A DNA stretch of 64,000 nucleotides from Acidimicrobiia bacterium (GTDB lineage: Bacteria > Actinomycetota > Acidimicrobiia > Spongiisociales > ZC4RG35): NCBI GenBank assembly GCA_965203555.1, contig CBDBCY010000004.1, forward strand, positions 1,312,001 through 1,376,000, read 5' to 3'. Under the pieces are notes generated by a model. That model ran no database searches and was not told where the DNA came from. It saw only the letters and a program-made list of their open reading frames with translations. A program made the position numbers and the translations under genes. How positions within the stretch are numbered: the first letter of the stretch is position 1; the number at the start of each line of letters is the position of its first letter. Below, one piece after another: positions 40,449 to 49,756 of this stretch.

Positions 40449-41305
40449 TGGATCCCCAGGCTGGTGCGGGCGAGGCGGGCGGCCTTTCTGATGAGGCGCC
40501 CGACGAGCATGCCGCGATAGGAAGCCGTGGCCCGCTGGTCGTCGATCGGATCGATCTCGTCTGTCGCCCGTCGCTCGGCAGCGGCCACCGCGCCTTCCTC
40601 GAGAGCAGAACCCACCAACGCCGCTTCGGCACGAAGCAGTCTGAGTGGCGCCGGCGCCACGGAACACACCCCCAGTCGGGCCTTCTCCACCCGGTTGCCG
40701 ACCATGCTGAACCGGGCTGCCAAACCGACCAGGGCAACCTCCATGGCGGTTCTCCGCCCCACTTTGAGATAGGACTCCCAGGTGGCCGCGGGGGGTACGG
40801 GAACTTCGATCCCCAGCAGGAGTTGTCCTGCCGGGAGAGCGGTCCGGCGCCTGTCCAGGAAGAAACGGTTGGCCGGTATCCGAGCGGCGCCGTCCACATC
40901 GGACACCACCATGACGGCGTCGGCCGCCAGGACCGGTGGCGCCAGGTCGGCGGCCGGGGAAGCATTGCACAGGTTGCCTCCCAGGGTGCCGACCGCCTGG
41001 GTCTGCCATCCCCCCACGGTGGCGGCGGCCTCGGCAAACGAAGGCAGATGGGCGGAGATGATCGGATCGGTCATAAGATCCCGGTGGGTGGTCAGGGCGC
41101 CGATCCGGACGATCCCATCCGAGCAGCCAACGCCTCGTAGTTCGCCAATACCCCCGATGTACAGCAGAGACTCGGAACGAGGTAGCTGATCGGTCATGCG
41201 TTGGATCATCACGTCCGTTCCACCGGCCAGCACCCGGAGATCATCCCCTCTGTCCAACAGCAATTCGAGCGCCTCGTCCACAGTATTTGGCGCCAGGAAT
41301 TGCAT
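40445..41305 (-). CDS. Xanthine dehydrogenase-family FAD-binding medium subunit
   Basis: LAGGTD, IGALTT, TLGGNLCNASPAAD, PIDDQRATASYR. Confidence 0.92.
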   Translation of the reverse strand: MQFLAPNTVDEALELLLDRGDDLRVLAGGTDVMIQRMTDQLPRSESLLYIGGIGELRGVGCSDGIVRIGALTTHRDLMTDPIISAHLPSFAEAAATVGGWQTQAVGTLGGNLCNASPAADLAPPVLAADAVMVVSDVDGAARIPANRFFLDRRRTALPAGQLLLGIEVPVPPAATWESYLKVGRRTAMEVALVGLAARFSMVGNRVEKARLGVCSVAPAPLRLLRAEAALVGSALEEGAVAAAERRATDEIDPIDDQRATASYRGMLVGRLIRKAARLARTSLGIQ

Positions 41306-41422
41306 TGATCTCCACCTCAGAGAATTCGTGGCGAAGTGTACCCAAAGGGCGGCTGTCCCGCCCCCGGGGCCGAGGCGGCGCGGCAAAGAGATTTCTCCAA
41401 AAGCCCTGTTAGGATGCCGGAA

Positions 41423-41725
41423 ATGGCCTCCCAACTCCGTATCTACGATCTTCATCCCGACACGTGGCAGGAGTTCGCCCGAAGGGTCAATGCCGAAATC
41501 GTGCCGATCCGGTTGGACCACGGCTTCCGCCTCGAAGGTCCGTGGCTGGTGGAGGAGACATGCCAGTACGTCTGGATCGTCCACTACGAGGGCGACTTGA
41601 CGTTCGCGGAGGCCGAAGAGCGGTACGAGGCCGATCCCCGCTGGTCCGACCTGACATTCGATCCCAAGGACTACATTCTCGGCGAAGACATCAGAATGCT
41701 AACGCCCCAACCACGCCCTTTCTGA
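41423..41725 (+). CDS. NIPSNAP-family small protein
   Basis: QLRIYDLHP, PIRLDHGF..GPW, YVWIV.Y, Y.ADPRW pattern. Confidence 0.7.
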   Translation: MASQLRIYDLHPDTWQEFARRVNAEIVPIRLDHGFRLEGPWLVEETCQYVWIVHYEGDLTFAEAEERYEADPRWSDLTFDPKDYILGEDIRMLTPQPRPF

Positions 41726-41763
41726 TGCGGGAATCGGTCCCTTTCACAGGCTGACGGCCTCGG

Positions 41764-42867
41764 ATGTCGGTTCGCAGGCAGAACACCAAACAGAGGTGGG
41801 AGGTAACCGAGGAAGATCTCACTCCCGCGGCGATGGGAGCGGCCATTCTGGGCACCGGCGGAGGCGGCAACCCCTACCTGGGACGGTTGCGGGCCCGGGC
41901 AGAGTTGCGCGCCGGCAAGAAGATCGAGATCATCGACCCCACGGAGATAGCTGACGACGATCTCCTGGTGGCGGCCGGAGGCATGGGTTCCCCCGTGGTC
42001 GCATACGAGAAAGTGGCGGGAGGAAGCGAGGAGACCGACGCCGTCCGGGCCTTGGAGCGCCACCTGGGCCGCCGCTTCACCGCCATCGCTCCGTTCGAGA
42101 TGGGAGGAGGCAACTCGATGGTGCCGCTGGTGGTCGGGGCCCGCCTCGGCATCCCGGTGGTGGACGGTGACGGCATGGGAAGGGCCTTTCCCGAACTGCA
42201 GATGATCACCTACCTCATCTACGGGGGGTCGCCGTTCCCTGCCGCCCTGGCCGACGAACGGGGCAACCGGATGGTGGTGGAGAGGATCCTCGACGCCCAC
42301 TGGTTGGAGAGAGTCCTGCGATCGGTCACCATCGACATGGGCGGTCACGCCGGCCTGGCCACCGCGGTGATGGACGGGGCTTTTTGCCGCAAGGCCGTCA
42401 TTCCCAACACGTTCTCGCTCGCCATCAGCATCGGGAGGGCGGTCCTCAACGCCCGCAGACGTCACGAGGACCCCGGCGAGGCCGTCGTGGGCGAGGCCGG
42501 CGGTTGTCGCTACATCCGGGGCAAGGTGGTTGACGTGGAGAGACGGGCCACGCGGGGCTTCGCCAAGGGGCGCCTGGTGATCGACGGGTTGGACGACGAC
42601 ACGGGACGCCGCGTGGAGATCGACTTCCAGAACGAGAACCTGGTGATCCGGGAGGGTGAAGATGTGCCCGTTACAGTCCCCGACCTCATCACCCTGGTGA
42701 CCAGCGACGAGGGCGAACCGATCACCACCGAATTGGTCCGATACGGGTTGCGGACCGACGTCCTGGTGATCCCGTGTCCCGACCTGCTCAAGACACCCGA
42801 GGCACTGGAGGTGGTGGGGCCGCGGGCCTTCGGTTATGACCTCGACTACCGTCCGCTGGTCACCTGA
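41764..42867 (+). CDS. DUF917-family protein
   Basis: GAAILGTGGGG.PY, MGSP, EMGGGNS, VDGDGMGRAFPELQM, FQNENL, VPDLI, GP.AFG. Confidence 0.88.
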   Translation: MSVRRQNTKQRWEVTEEDLTPAAMGAAILGTGGGGNPYLGRLRARAELRAGKKIEIIDPTEIADDDLLVAAGGMGSPVVAYEKVAGGSEETDAVRALERHLGRRFTAIAPFEMGGGNSMVPLVVGARLGIPVVDGDGMGRAFPELQMITYLIYGGSPFPAALADERGNRMVVERILDAHWLERVLRSVTIDMGGHAGLATAVMDGAFCRKAVIPNTFSLAISIGRAVLNARRRHEDPGEAVVGEAGGCRYIRGKVVDVERRATRGFAKGRLVIDGLDDDTGRRVEIDFQNENLVIREGEDVPVTVPDLITLVTSDEGEPITTELVRYGLRTDVLVIPCPDLLKTPEALEVVGPRAFGYDLDYRPLVT

Positions 42868-42910
42868 CCACCTCGCCAACGGGATCGGGAGCGGAGTTCA
42901 GACCGAGAAG

Positions 42911-43402
42911 TCAGAGTTGAACGGACTCGTCGACGATGCCCAGTTGCTTGGCCCAGGACAGCTTGTCGGCCAGCGAGTAGTACTCCACCAGCTTGCCGTC
43001 CCGGACGCGGGCGAACGACATGCCGTCAACCTGAATCTTCTGACCGGCTGCGCCGTGCTCGAAGTGGGCGCCCTGCTGGGTGGCGTTGAAGGTCCACTTG
43101 GAAGCCACGGTGTCTCCGTCGGCCACGATCATGTTGAAGGTGGTCTGACCGTCCGGATAGGCGTTGCCCAACGCGATCAGGAAGTCCGCGTAGCCGTCCC
43201 GCCCGGGGCTGCGCACCGGGACATTGCGAATCACCACGTCGGGGTGTACGTACTCGTTTACCAAGGCCCGCATCCGGCCTTTCCACGAATCATCGGGCGG
43301 GTAGGGAAAGTCCCTCTCCTGACCCACCATGAACTCGACGAAGACCCGCCGGGTCTCCTCGGTGTCCCCGTCCGGATTTCCTTCGGGTAAAACAACAGGC
43401 AT
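42911..43402 (-). CDS. SnoaL-like/ester-cyclase (NTF2-fold) protein, paralog 1
   Basis: VHPDVV, AYPD, VADGDTVA..W, RDGKLVE, QLG. Confidence 0.85.
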   Translation of the reverse strand: MPVVLPEGNPDGDTEETRRVFVEFMVGQERDFPYPPDDSWKGRMRALVNEYVHPDVVIRNVPVRSPGRDGYADFLIALGNAYPDGQTTFNMIVADGDTVASKWTFNATQQGAHFEHGAAGQKIQVDGMSFARVRDGKLVEYYSLADKLSWAKQLGIVDESVQL

Positions 43403-43443
43403 CTATTTCTCCTTTTTCTCCGGTCTGAGCCTCGGGTCGAGAT

Positions 43444-43935
43444 TCAGAGACGAACAGACTCGTCAACCACCCCCAACTGCTGGAGCCAACTGAGGCGATC
43501 GATCATCGCCCAGTGCTCGACAATCTTGCCGTCCTCGAAGCGCTCGAACATCACGCCCTCCACCCGGACCTTGCGTCCGGTGGGTTCGTGTTCAAAGTGA
43601 GACGACATCTGCGTCGCCGTGTAGTGCCACCGGGCGGCGGCCATGTTGCCGTCCACCATGATGATGTCGTAATTGGTGTTGGAGTCCGGGTAGGCCTCTC
43701 CCAGTCCCATCAGAAACTCCACCCAGCCGTCGCGACCGGGACGGCGCACCGGCACGTTGTGGAGAATCACGTCGGGATGAACGAATTCCTCCACCAGGTC
43801 CAGCAATCTCTGCTTCCATGAGTCGTCGGGCGGGTTGGGGAAGTCGGCCTCCTGACCCTCGAGCCACCGCATGAAGAGCCTGCGAGTTTCTTCGGTGTCA
43901 CCTTCCGGTGTCCAATCGGGAAAGCCTGACGGCAT
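43444..43935 (-). CDS. SnoaL-like/ester-cyclase protein, paralog 2
   Basis: VHPDVILH, AYPD, PTGRKV, EDGKIVEHW..D.LSWLQQLG; GAAGGA SD. Confidence 0.88.
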   Translation of the reverse strand: MPSGFPDWTPEGDTEETRRLFMRWLEGQEADFPNPPDDSWKQRLLDLVEEFVHPDVILHNVPVRRPGRDGWVEFLMGLGEAYPDSNTNYDIIMVDGNMAAARWHYTATQMSSHFEHEPTGRKVRVEGVMFERFEDGKIVEHWAMIDRLSWLQQLGVVDESVRL

Positions 43936-44033
43936 AATCGTTCCTTCCTTCGAGCTGACACGCCTATCTTGTTGGCGATAGGATTTCAAAATTAGCGGGA
44001 CAGAGACCGTAGACCTGAAGAAAAGGCATCCGC

Positions 44034-45095
44034 ATGTTGGCATATCAGTTCACCGAGTACGAGCAGGGTTTCGAACTTCGGGAAGTCCCAACCCCGCGAC
44101 CCGGTCCGGGAGAGACACTGATCCGGGTGGCGGGAGCGGGAGTGTGCCACTCCGATCTGTACCTGTGCGACTGGCCCCAATCGAGTCTGCCCTCCTACGA
44201 CCTTCCCTTCACGGTGGGACATGAAATCACCGGATGGGTGGAAGAGTCAGGGCCCGGCGGCGCGGATCTGGAGGTGGGCACACCGGTGGCCGTTTACGGA
44301 GCGTGGGGATGCGATGCATGCCGGCAATGTTCCGCTCAATATGAGAACTACTGCGAGAACGCCGCGGCGGTGGTGTCCTCCGGCCCGGGGAGGCCGGGTC
44401 TGGGCCGGGACGGAGGGATAGCCGAGTTCTTTCTGGCGCCGCAATCCCGGCACCTGGTACCCCTTCCGGACGGTCTCGACCCGGTGGAAGCCGCCCCCCT
44501 CACCGACGCCGGGTTGACCACCTATCACGCCATCAAGCAACAACTGCACCGGCTTTATCCCGGCGCGACGGCCGTGGTCATCGGGATCGGAGGGCTCGGT
44601 TCACTGGCCGTGCAGACTCTCCGGGCACTGTCGGCCGCCCAGGTGATCGGCGTCGACATCGCCCCCGACCGGTTGAAAGCGGCCCGCCGGCAGGGTGCCC
44701 ATGACGCCGTGCTGGCTGACGAAAACGCCTCCGCCGCCATCCGGGAAGCAACCGGTGGCCGGGGAGCGGAATTGATCCTGGACATAGTGGGGACCGACGA
44801 CAGCCTGTCTCTTGCCGTCTCGGTAGCAGCGATCCGCGGGCACATCACCGTGGTGGGCATCGGACCCGGATCTTTTCCGATGGGATACGTCCATGTTCCC
44901 CGGGGGCTCTCTGCTTCCACCGTGTTCTGGGGCGCCATCCCCGATCTGGCCGAAGTGGTGGCCCTGGCCGGCGCCGGCGCTATCCGAAGCGACACAGAGG
45001 AGTTTTCCATGCAAGAAGCCCCCCTCGCCTATGGCAAACTCAGGGAGGGAACCTTGCAGGGCCGGGCGGTGATCGTCCCTCATGGTGCAGGGTGA
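44034..45095 (+). CDS. Zn-dependent NAD(P) alcohol dehydrogenase
   Basis: GVCHSD, GHE, C..C..C.......C, TDAGLT.YHA, GIGGLG. Confidence 0.92.
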   Translation: MLAYQFTEYEQGFELREVPTPRPGPGETLIRVAGAGVCHSDLYLCDWPQSSLPSYDLPFTVGHEITGWVEESGPGGADLEVGTPVAVYGAWGCDACRQCSAQYENYCENAAAVVSSGPGRPGLGRDGGIAEFFLAPQSRHLVPLPDGLDPVEAAPLTDAGLTTYHAIKQQLHRLYPGATAVVIGIGGLGSLAVQTLRALSAAQVIGVDIAPDRLKAARRQGAHDAVLADENASAAIREATGGRGAELILDIVGTDDSLSLAVSVAAIRGHITVVGIGPGSFPMGYVHVPRGLSASTVFWGAIPDLAEVVALAGAGAIRSDTEEFSMQEAPLAYGKLREGTLQGRAVIVPHGAG

Positions 45096-45096
45096 G

Positions 45097-46125
45097 ATGC
45101 CCGTGACATCTAGGACTAGACGCTGGGTACTGGCATCCACTCCGGACGGCGAACCCAAGACCTCGGACTTCGAGATGGTCTCTGTGGAACTGCCGCCGCT
45201 GCGGGAGGGGGGAATAGCGGTCAGCAATACTTTCATCTCGGTGGATCCCGGGGTGCTGGACCGGCTCACCCGTGACAGCTACGCACCGCAGTTGCGGCCC
45301 GGGGAGGTCGTAGACGGGTTCGCGGTTGGGGTGGTCACTTCCTCCCGGAATCCCCGCTTCGAGGTGGGAGATCGGGTGACCTGCGGCAACGGCTGGCGAG
45401 AGAGCTACGTCTCTTCCGGCCGGGGAGTCATGAAACTCCACCCGAAGGTGTTCGGTCCGCCGATATCAGAGCGAGCGGCCATCGGCGCCCTGGGGGTTTC
45501 CGGTCTGACCGCCTACTTGGGCGTGCGCGGCGTGGCGCGGGCCAAGTCCGGAGAAACGGTGCTGGTCTCCTCGGCGGCCGGAGCGGTGGGCAGCACCGCC
45601 GTCCAGGTGGCCCGCAACCTGGGATGCCGGGTGGTGGGCATCGCCGGTTCGGATGAGAAGGTCCGCCTGGTGGTCGAGGAACTGGGTGCGGAGGTCTGCA
45701 TCAACTACCGGGAGGACCCCGACCTGGCTGCGGCAATTTCGAAGGCCTGTCCCGGCGGCGTCGACGTGTTCTTCGACAATGTCGGCGGCGAGACCCTGGA
45801 CGCGGCGCTGGTGAACATGAGTCAGGGGGGAAGGGTGGCGGTCTCGGGACAGGTCAGCGAGTACTCCCGCGTCCGACCGCGGGGGATCCGCGCGGTGGGC
45901 GAATTCATAAACCGGCGGATCACCATGACCGGCTTCGTGGTGTGGGATTTCCTCCCCCAGTTCCGAGAGGCCATGGCGGAAATGAGAGGTTGGGTCGTCG
46001 ACGGCAAACTGGTGTTCCGGGAGGAGATCATCGACGGGTTCGAGAACGCCCCGGCGGCGTTTATCGGCCTGTTCCGGGGAGAGAACCGCGGGCGGCGGTT
46101 GATCAGACTGGCCCCCGGTGACTGA
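45097..46125 (+). CDS. NADP-dependent alkenal/one reductase (prostaglandin reductase/CurA-like MDR)
   Basis: ISVDP, GLTAY.G, SSAAGAVG, GIAGSDEK, CPGGVDVFFDNVGG, ENRG. Confidence 0.9.
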   Translation: MPVTSRTRRWVLASTPDGEPKTSDFEMVSVELPPLREGGIAVSNTFISVDPGVLDRLTRDSYAPQLRPGEVVDGFAVGVVTSSRNPRFEVGDRVTCGNGWRESYVSSGRGVMKLHPKVFGPPISERAAIGALGVSGLTAYLGVRGVARAKSGETVLVSSAAGAVGSTAVQVARNLGCRVVGIAGSDEKVRLVVEELGAEVCINYREDPDLAAAISKACPGGVDVFFDNVGGETLDAALVNMSQGGRVAVSGQVSEYSRVRPRGIRAVGEFINRRITMTGFVVWDFLPQFREAMAEMRGWVVDGKLVFREEIIDGFENAPAAFIGLFRGENRGRRLIRLAPGD

Positions 46126-46963
46126 ACCGGTGCTCATCTCAGAACGGGAGGGGGCGGTGCTGTGGCTGACCCTGAATCGACCTCGCTACCGCAACGCCAT
46201 CAACGTGGCTCTCATCACCGCCCTGGACGGGGCCCTGTCCGCCGCCGCCTCCGACGACGGTATCGGAGCGGTGATAATCGGCGGCGCCGGTCCCCACTTT
46301 TGCTCCGGGCATGACCTGGGCAGCCCCGGACGGGACCTGGAAAAGCCCTTCCCGAGAGTCGCCACCACCTGGTACGACCACTCCGACAAGGAAGGGGCCG
46401 AAACGATCCTGGTGCGAGAGGACGAGGCCTACCTGTCCGTTCCGCTTCGCTGGAGAGAGCTTCCCAAGCCCCTGATCGCCATGGTGCACGGGGCGTGCGT
46501 GGCCGGGGGGTTGTCGCTGATCTGGCCCGCCGACCTGATCGTGGCCTCCGACGACGCCTACTTCGCCGACCCGGTGGTGAGGATGGGTATCCCCGGTATC
46601 GAGTATTTCGCTCACCAGTACGTGATGTCCACCCGCATCGCCCGCGAGTTCCTGCTGGTGGGCGACCGCATGTCCGCCGCCCGCGCCTACGAGGTCGGGA
46701 TGGTCAACCGAGTGGTCCCCCGCGACCGGCTGCGGGAGACCACAGCCCGGCTGGCGCAGCGGTGCGCCGCCCGGCCACGGTTCGGAGTGGCGCTGGCCAA
46801 GAGAGCCCTCAACGCGGTGGAGGATCGCATGGGATTACGAGATGGAATGTCAACGGCGTTCGGCCTCCATCAGGTGGCGCACGCCCACAGCGCTCTCACA
46901 TCAGACGATCATGTCGGCGGCCAGACCCCCCGCTCCATCGCCCGGGATCTGGCACCGGAATAG
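46118..46963 (+). CDS. Enoyl-CoA hydratase (crotonase) family
   Basis: LNRP..RNA, FCSGHDL, KPLIAMVHGACVAGG, DLIVAS, GMVNRVVP. Confidence 0.9.
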   Translation: MTEPVLISEREGAVLWLTLNRPRYRNAINVALITALDGALSAAASDDGIGAVIIGGAGPHFCSGHDLGSPGRDLEKPFPRVATTWYDHSDKEGAETILVREDEAYLSVPLRWRELPKPLIAMVHGACVAGGLSLIWPADLIVASDDAYFADPVVRMGIPGIEYFAHQYVMSTRIAREFLLVGDRMSAARAYEVGMVNRVVPRDRLRETTARLAQRCAARPRFGVALAKRALNAVEDRMGLRDGMSTAFGLHQVAHAHSALTSDDHVGGQTPRSIARDLAPE

Positions 46964-46999
46964 CTTCGAAGACTGCACTTCGAAAATGGCAAAATTGAA

Positions 47000-47161
47000 A
47001 AATCTTTAGCAAATTCGTAACCAAACCGGTCTTTAAAGATTTAAAGGCACCAAAACCCTACCCATAACCGTTTGGCCTCATATCTAAAGATTTGTTCCAA
47101 AAACCCTATAGGTAAATGTCGAATGCACTCTATATTAAAGATTTATCTCCTAAAAACCCTA
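47000..47161. repeat. AT-rich repeat array: TAAAGATTT-N(6-9)-AAAACCCTA x3 at 51-bp period plus one inverted half-site
   Basis: TAAAGATTT at 47034, 47085, 47136; AAAACCCTA at 47052, 47100, 47153; inverted AAATCTTTA at 47000; palindrome TCTTTAAAGA at 47030-47039. Confidence 0.85.
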
Positions 47162-47174
47162 CGGAGGACCGTTG

Positions 47175-48959
47175 GTGAGCTATTCCTTTACTTTTCTGCC
47201 TCAACCAAAGCGTATAGCAGAGGTTGACCGGGTTTTGCAAGCCCTGAGCAAGGGCGACACTCCCGTGAGCGAACTGGAGTCACAAGCGGTGGACATCAAG
47301 GAGGAGACGGACCGCCGGGCAAGGGACGGGTCGATCCGACCTGGATTCAAAAGGAACGAAAAGGTAGCCGATCAGTTGGCTGAAGCCGCGGCATGCATGG
47401 CCAACACTCAAGGTGGCGGGACACTCATTGTCGGCGTGGACGACAAGACCAGCCAGATCATCGGCGCGGACACCGACCCACACTGGCTGAGAAGCAGGAT
47501 CTACGATCTCACCGACCGCAAGCTGGCCGTGAACATCCAGACCGTCAAGATCAACGGAAAGCCACTGTTGGTCATAGACGCTCCACAAGCCGTCGAGCCG
47601 GTGCCCTACCGAGGCAAATACCGGCACCGGGTAGACGCCCGGTGCGTGCCCGTCACATCAACCCTGCTATTAGGCGGGCTGTTCGCCGACTTGGCGGTGG
47701 ACCCTTCCCACCAACCGTCTGATACACCGATCAGCGCGGTCTCCAGGACGGCGGAGCTAGCGTTGAGGAACCAACTCGCAAGCCACGACCCCAGTAAGAC
47801 GGAGTTGCCTCTGGGAGACCTTCTGAGCCGCCTCGGACTCCTCGCCGGGAACGGCGAGCACCTCAACAAGGCGGGAGAGATGCTGCTGTCCGAGCGAGAC
47901 CAGCCAGCCATTGACTACTCGCATCGACGCGTCCCCGGCGGGCCGTCCACGGTGCGAGTCGCGGAAGGAGGTTTGTCGTTGCTGGAAGAAGTTCTAGAAG
48001 TGGAGGCAGTGGCCAACCGCTACAGTCCCCTCACCGAAATCACCACCGGGCTTCAAGTCCACAAGGTTCGGGCGATTCCCGAACGCTCGCTGCGGGAAAG
48101 CATCCTGAATGCGGTATGTCACCGGGATTGGAGCTTGCCCCGCCCAACAGTGGTGGAACACATCGGAAACGACTTCCGAGTCACCTCTCCCGGTGGCCTC
48201 ATCGGCGGCGTCACCGAGGACAACATCATTACCCATCCTTCTGCGCCTCGCTACCGCACGCTCATGACCGCTATGCGCAAAATTGGACTCGTGGAGCAGG
48301 AGGGCGTCGGGATGGACATGATGTTCGCAGAGATGATCCGTGTGGGCAGTCGCCCACCGCTCATCGAGGGAACGCCTGACCCCGCAGTCCGCGTCATTCT
48401 GTACGGGCAACGGGCAGACGAATCATGGTTCAGATTCTTCGTGAATCTCATCCCTCAATCCGGGATGGACGATGTGGACGCCGCCTTGGTGGTGTGGCAA
48501 GGCGCCCGGGAGTCCTCGTATCTCACCGGTCGATCATGCGCAAGACTCCTGCAACGTTCCGACCGTGATGCTGAAGAAGCCCTGCACAGGGTGGCTGCCT
48601 ACACCTTCAAGTTCCAGGCCGCCCTAACCAGCCGAATTTCGGATACGGGAGAGACACCTCCGGTCGAGAAGGCTTTCGTTCTTGATCCCATCAAAGTTCC
48701 ACCGAACACCCCGCCCGCTTGGAGGCTGAGCCGGCAGGCGCGGTCGGCCCTGGGGTTGACCCGCATCAGCGAGTCAACCGAATCAACCCTGTCCTGGGCG
48801 CGGGAACGCGGCCGGATCTCTTCGAGCGAATACTGTGAGATAACCGGCGTCTCGGGAGCGACAGCCGTGAAGCGCCTCAAAGAACTGGCGGACGGAGGTC
48901 TCCTCACACCTTCTTCCGAATCCGGCCGGGGGCGAGGTTTCCACTACCTGCCCGTCTGA
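47175..48959 (+). CDS. Schlafen/AlbA_2 domain + HATPase_c_4 (RecG-C-like) + C-terminal winged HTH protein
   Basis: ESQAVDIKE, ACMANTQGGGTLIVGVDD, RESILNAVCHRDW, SPGG, IGLVEQEGVG, ISSSEY.EITGVS..TA...LKEL; GGAGG SD 7 nt before GTG 47175. Confidence 0.85.
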   Translation: MSYSFTFLPQPKRIAEVDRVLQALSKGDTPVSELESQAVDIKEETDRRARDGSIRPGFKRNEKVADQLAEAAACMANTQGGGTLIVGVDDKTSQIIGADTDPHWLRSRIYDLTDRKLAVNIQTVKINGKPLLVIDAPQAVEPVPYRGKYRHRVDARCVPVTSTLLLGGLFADLAVDPSHQPSDTPISAVSRTAELALRNQLASHDPSKTELPLGDLLSRLGLLAGNGEHLNKAGEMLLSERDQPAIDYSHRRVPGGPSTVRVAEGGLSLLEEVLEVEAVANRYSPLTEITTGLQVHKVRAIPERSLRESILNAVCHRDWSLPRPTVVEHIGNDFRVTSPGGLIGGVTEDNIITHPSAPRYRTLMTAMRKIGLVEQEGVGMDMMFAEMIRVGSRPPLIEGTPDPAVRVILYGQRADESWFRFFVNLIPQSGMDDVDAALVVWQGARESSYLTGRSCARLLQRSDRDAEEALHRVAAYTFKFQAALTSRISDTGETPPVEKAFVLDPIKVPPNTPPAWRLSRQARSALGLTRISESTESTLSWARERGRISSSEYCEITGVSGATAVKRLKELADGGLLTPSSESGRGRGFHYLPV

Positions 48960-49160
48960 CCTCCCGCAAATCCGGACCGACTCGGAGGGGAAAAACAACG
49001 CCCGGTCAGAGTGTCGGACAGTATGTACACTGGTCAGCGGACTAACAGGGAGGAGCCGTCCGAGACCGCTCCTCCCGTTACATCTTCAGCACTAAAGGCC
49101 GCCCAGCCTTTCGGGGCTCAGATTTGCATGACCGAAATGGGCTTTGGGGCATGTTCCGCA

Positions 49161-49355
49161 TCAACCCCAGATGTCGCCGATGGTGTAGCCCTCGGGGAAC
49201 GGGTCGGCGGGGTCCGGCACGTACCGGGCTTTGCCGGTGATCCAGGCGGTTCCGGTGATGGTGGGAATGACCGCCGGGGTCCCTCCTGCAGTTGTCTCTC
49301 CGATGAGGCGTCCGGTGAACACGGTGCCCAGGGGGCCGCAGTGGCGGAAGTCTTC
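49161..49355 (-). pseudogene. Duplicated 3' fragment (about 65 codons) of the proline racemase-family gene
   Basis: About 90% identical by eye to 49757-49951 at an offset of 596 bp; includes the stop codon but has no 5' part. Confidence 0.9.
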
Positions 49356-49756
49356 ACATAGATGGGACTGACCGCTGGCCGCCAGGTTCCCCTCCATCGC
49401 GCGAGATCTCGGCTGCGAGTGGGGGCGGATCCGATTCCAGGGGCTGCTCGCGAAATAAACCCCCGTTGACGGGTTGACTCTGTCACAGGCATGTCGCACG
49501 CTGTCTGCATCACAAGACCTGCCGGTCCGTTCCGGCGTCGCTCGGGCCGCAACATCAAAGACGGGGTTCAAATCTCGGGAAACGCTCCCCTCGCGGGACT
49601 GGCGGAGCGCGTCCAAAACGGCAAGGCGGTGGTGGGGGCGGGCCCTGGCGCGAGAAGGGTCGATCGGAATTCGCGGGATAGTGACGGTTTTCGCGGGGTG
49701 GGTGTGGTCCGTCGGGGGGCCGGGTGAAACGGCCCACCGGTTGGGTTATGTCCGGC

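Noticed and set aside
37693-41305. Aerobic CO dehydrogenase (coxMSL)
   Set aside because: The large subunit lacks AYxCSFR (it has AFRG) and there are no cox accessory genes; generic Xdh family.
42911-46963. Polyketide biosynthetic cluster
   Set aside because: No ketosynthase, ACP or NRPS genes anywhere in the window.
47034-47161. CRISPR array
   Set aside because: Only three units, with a variable middle, no consistent repeat hairpin and no cas genes in the window; kept as an unexplained repeat array.
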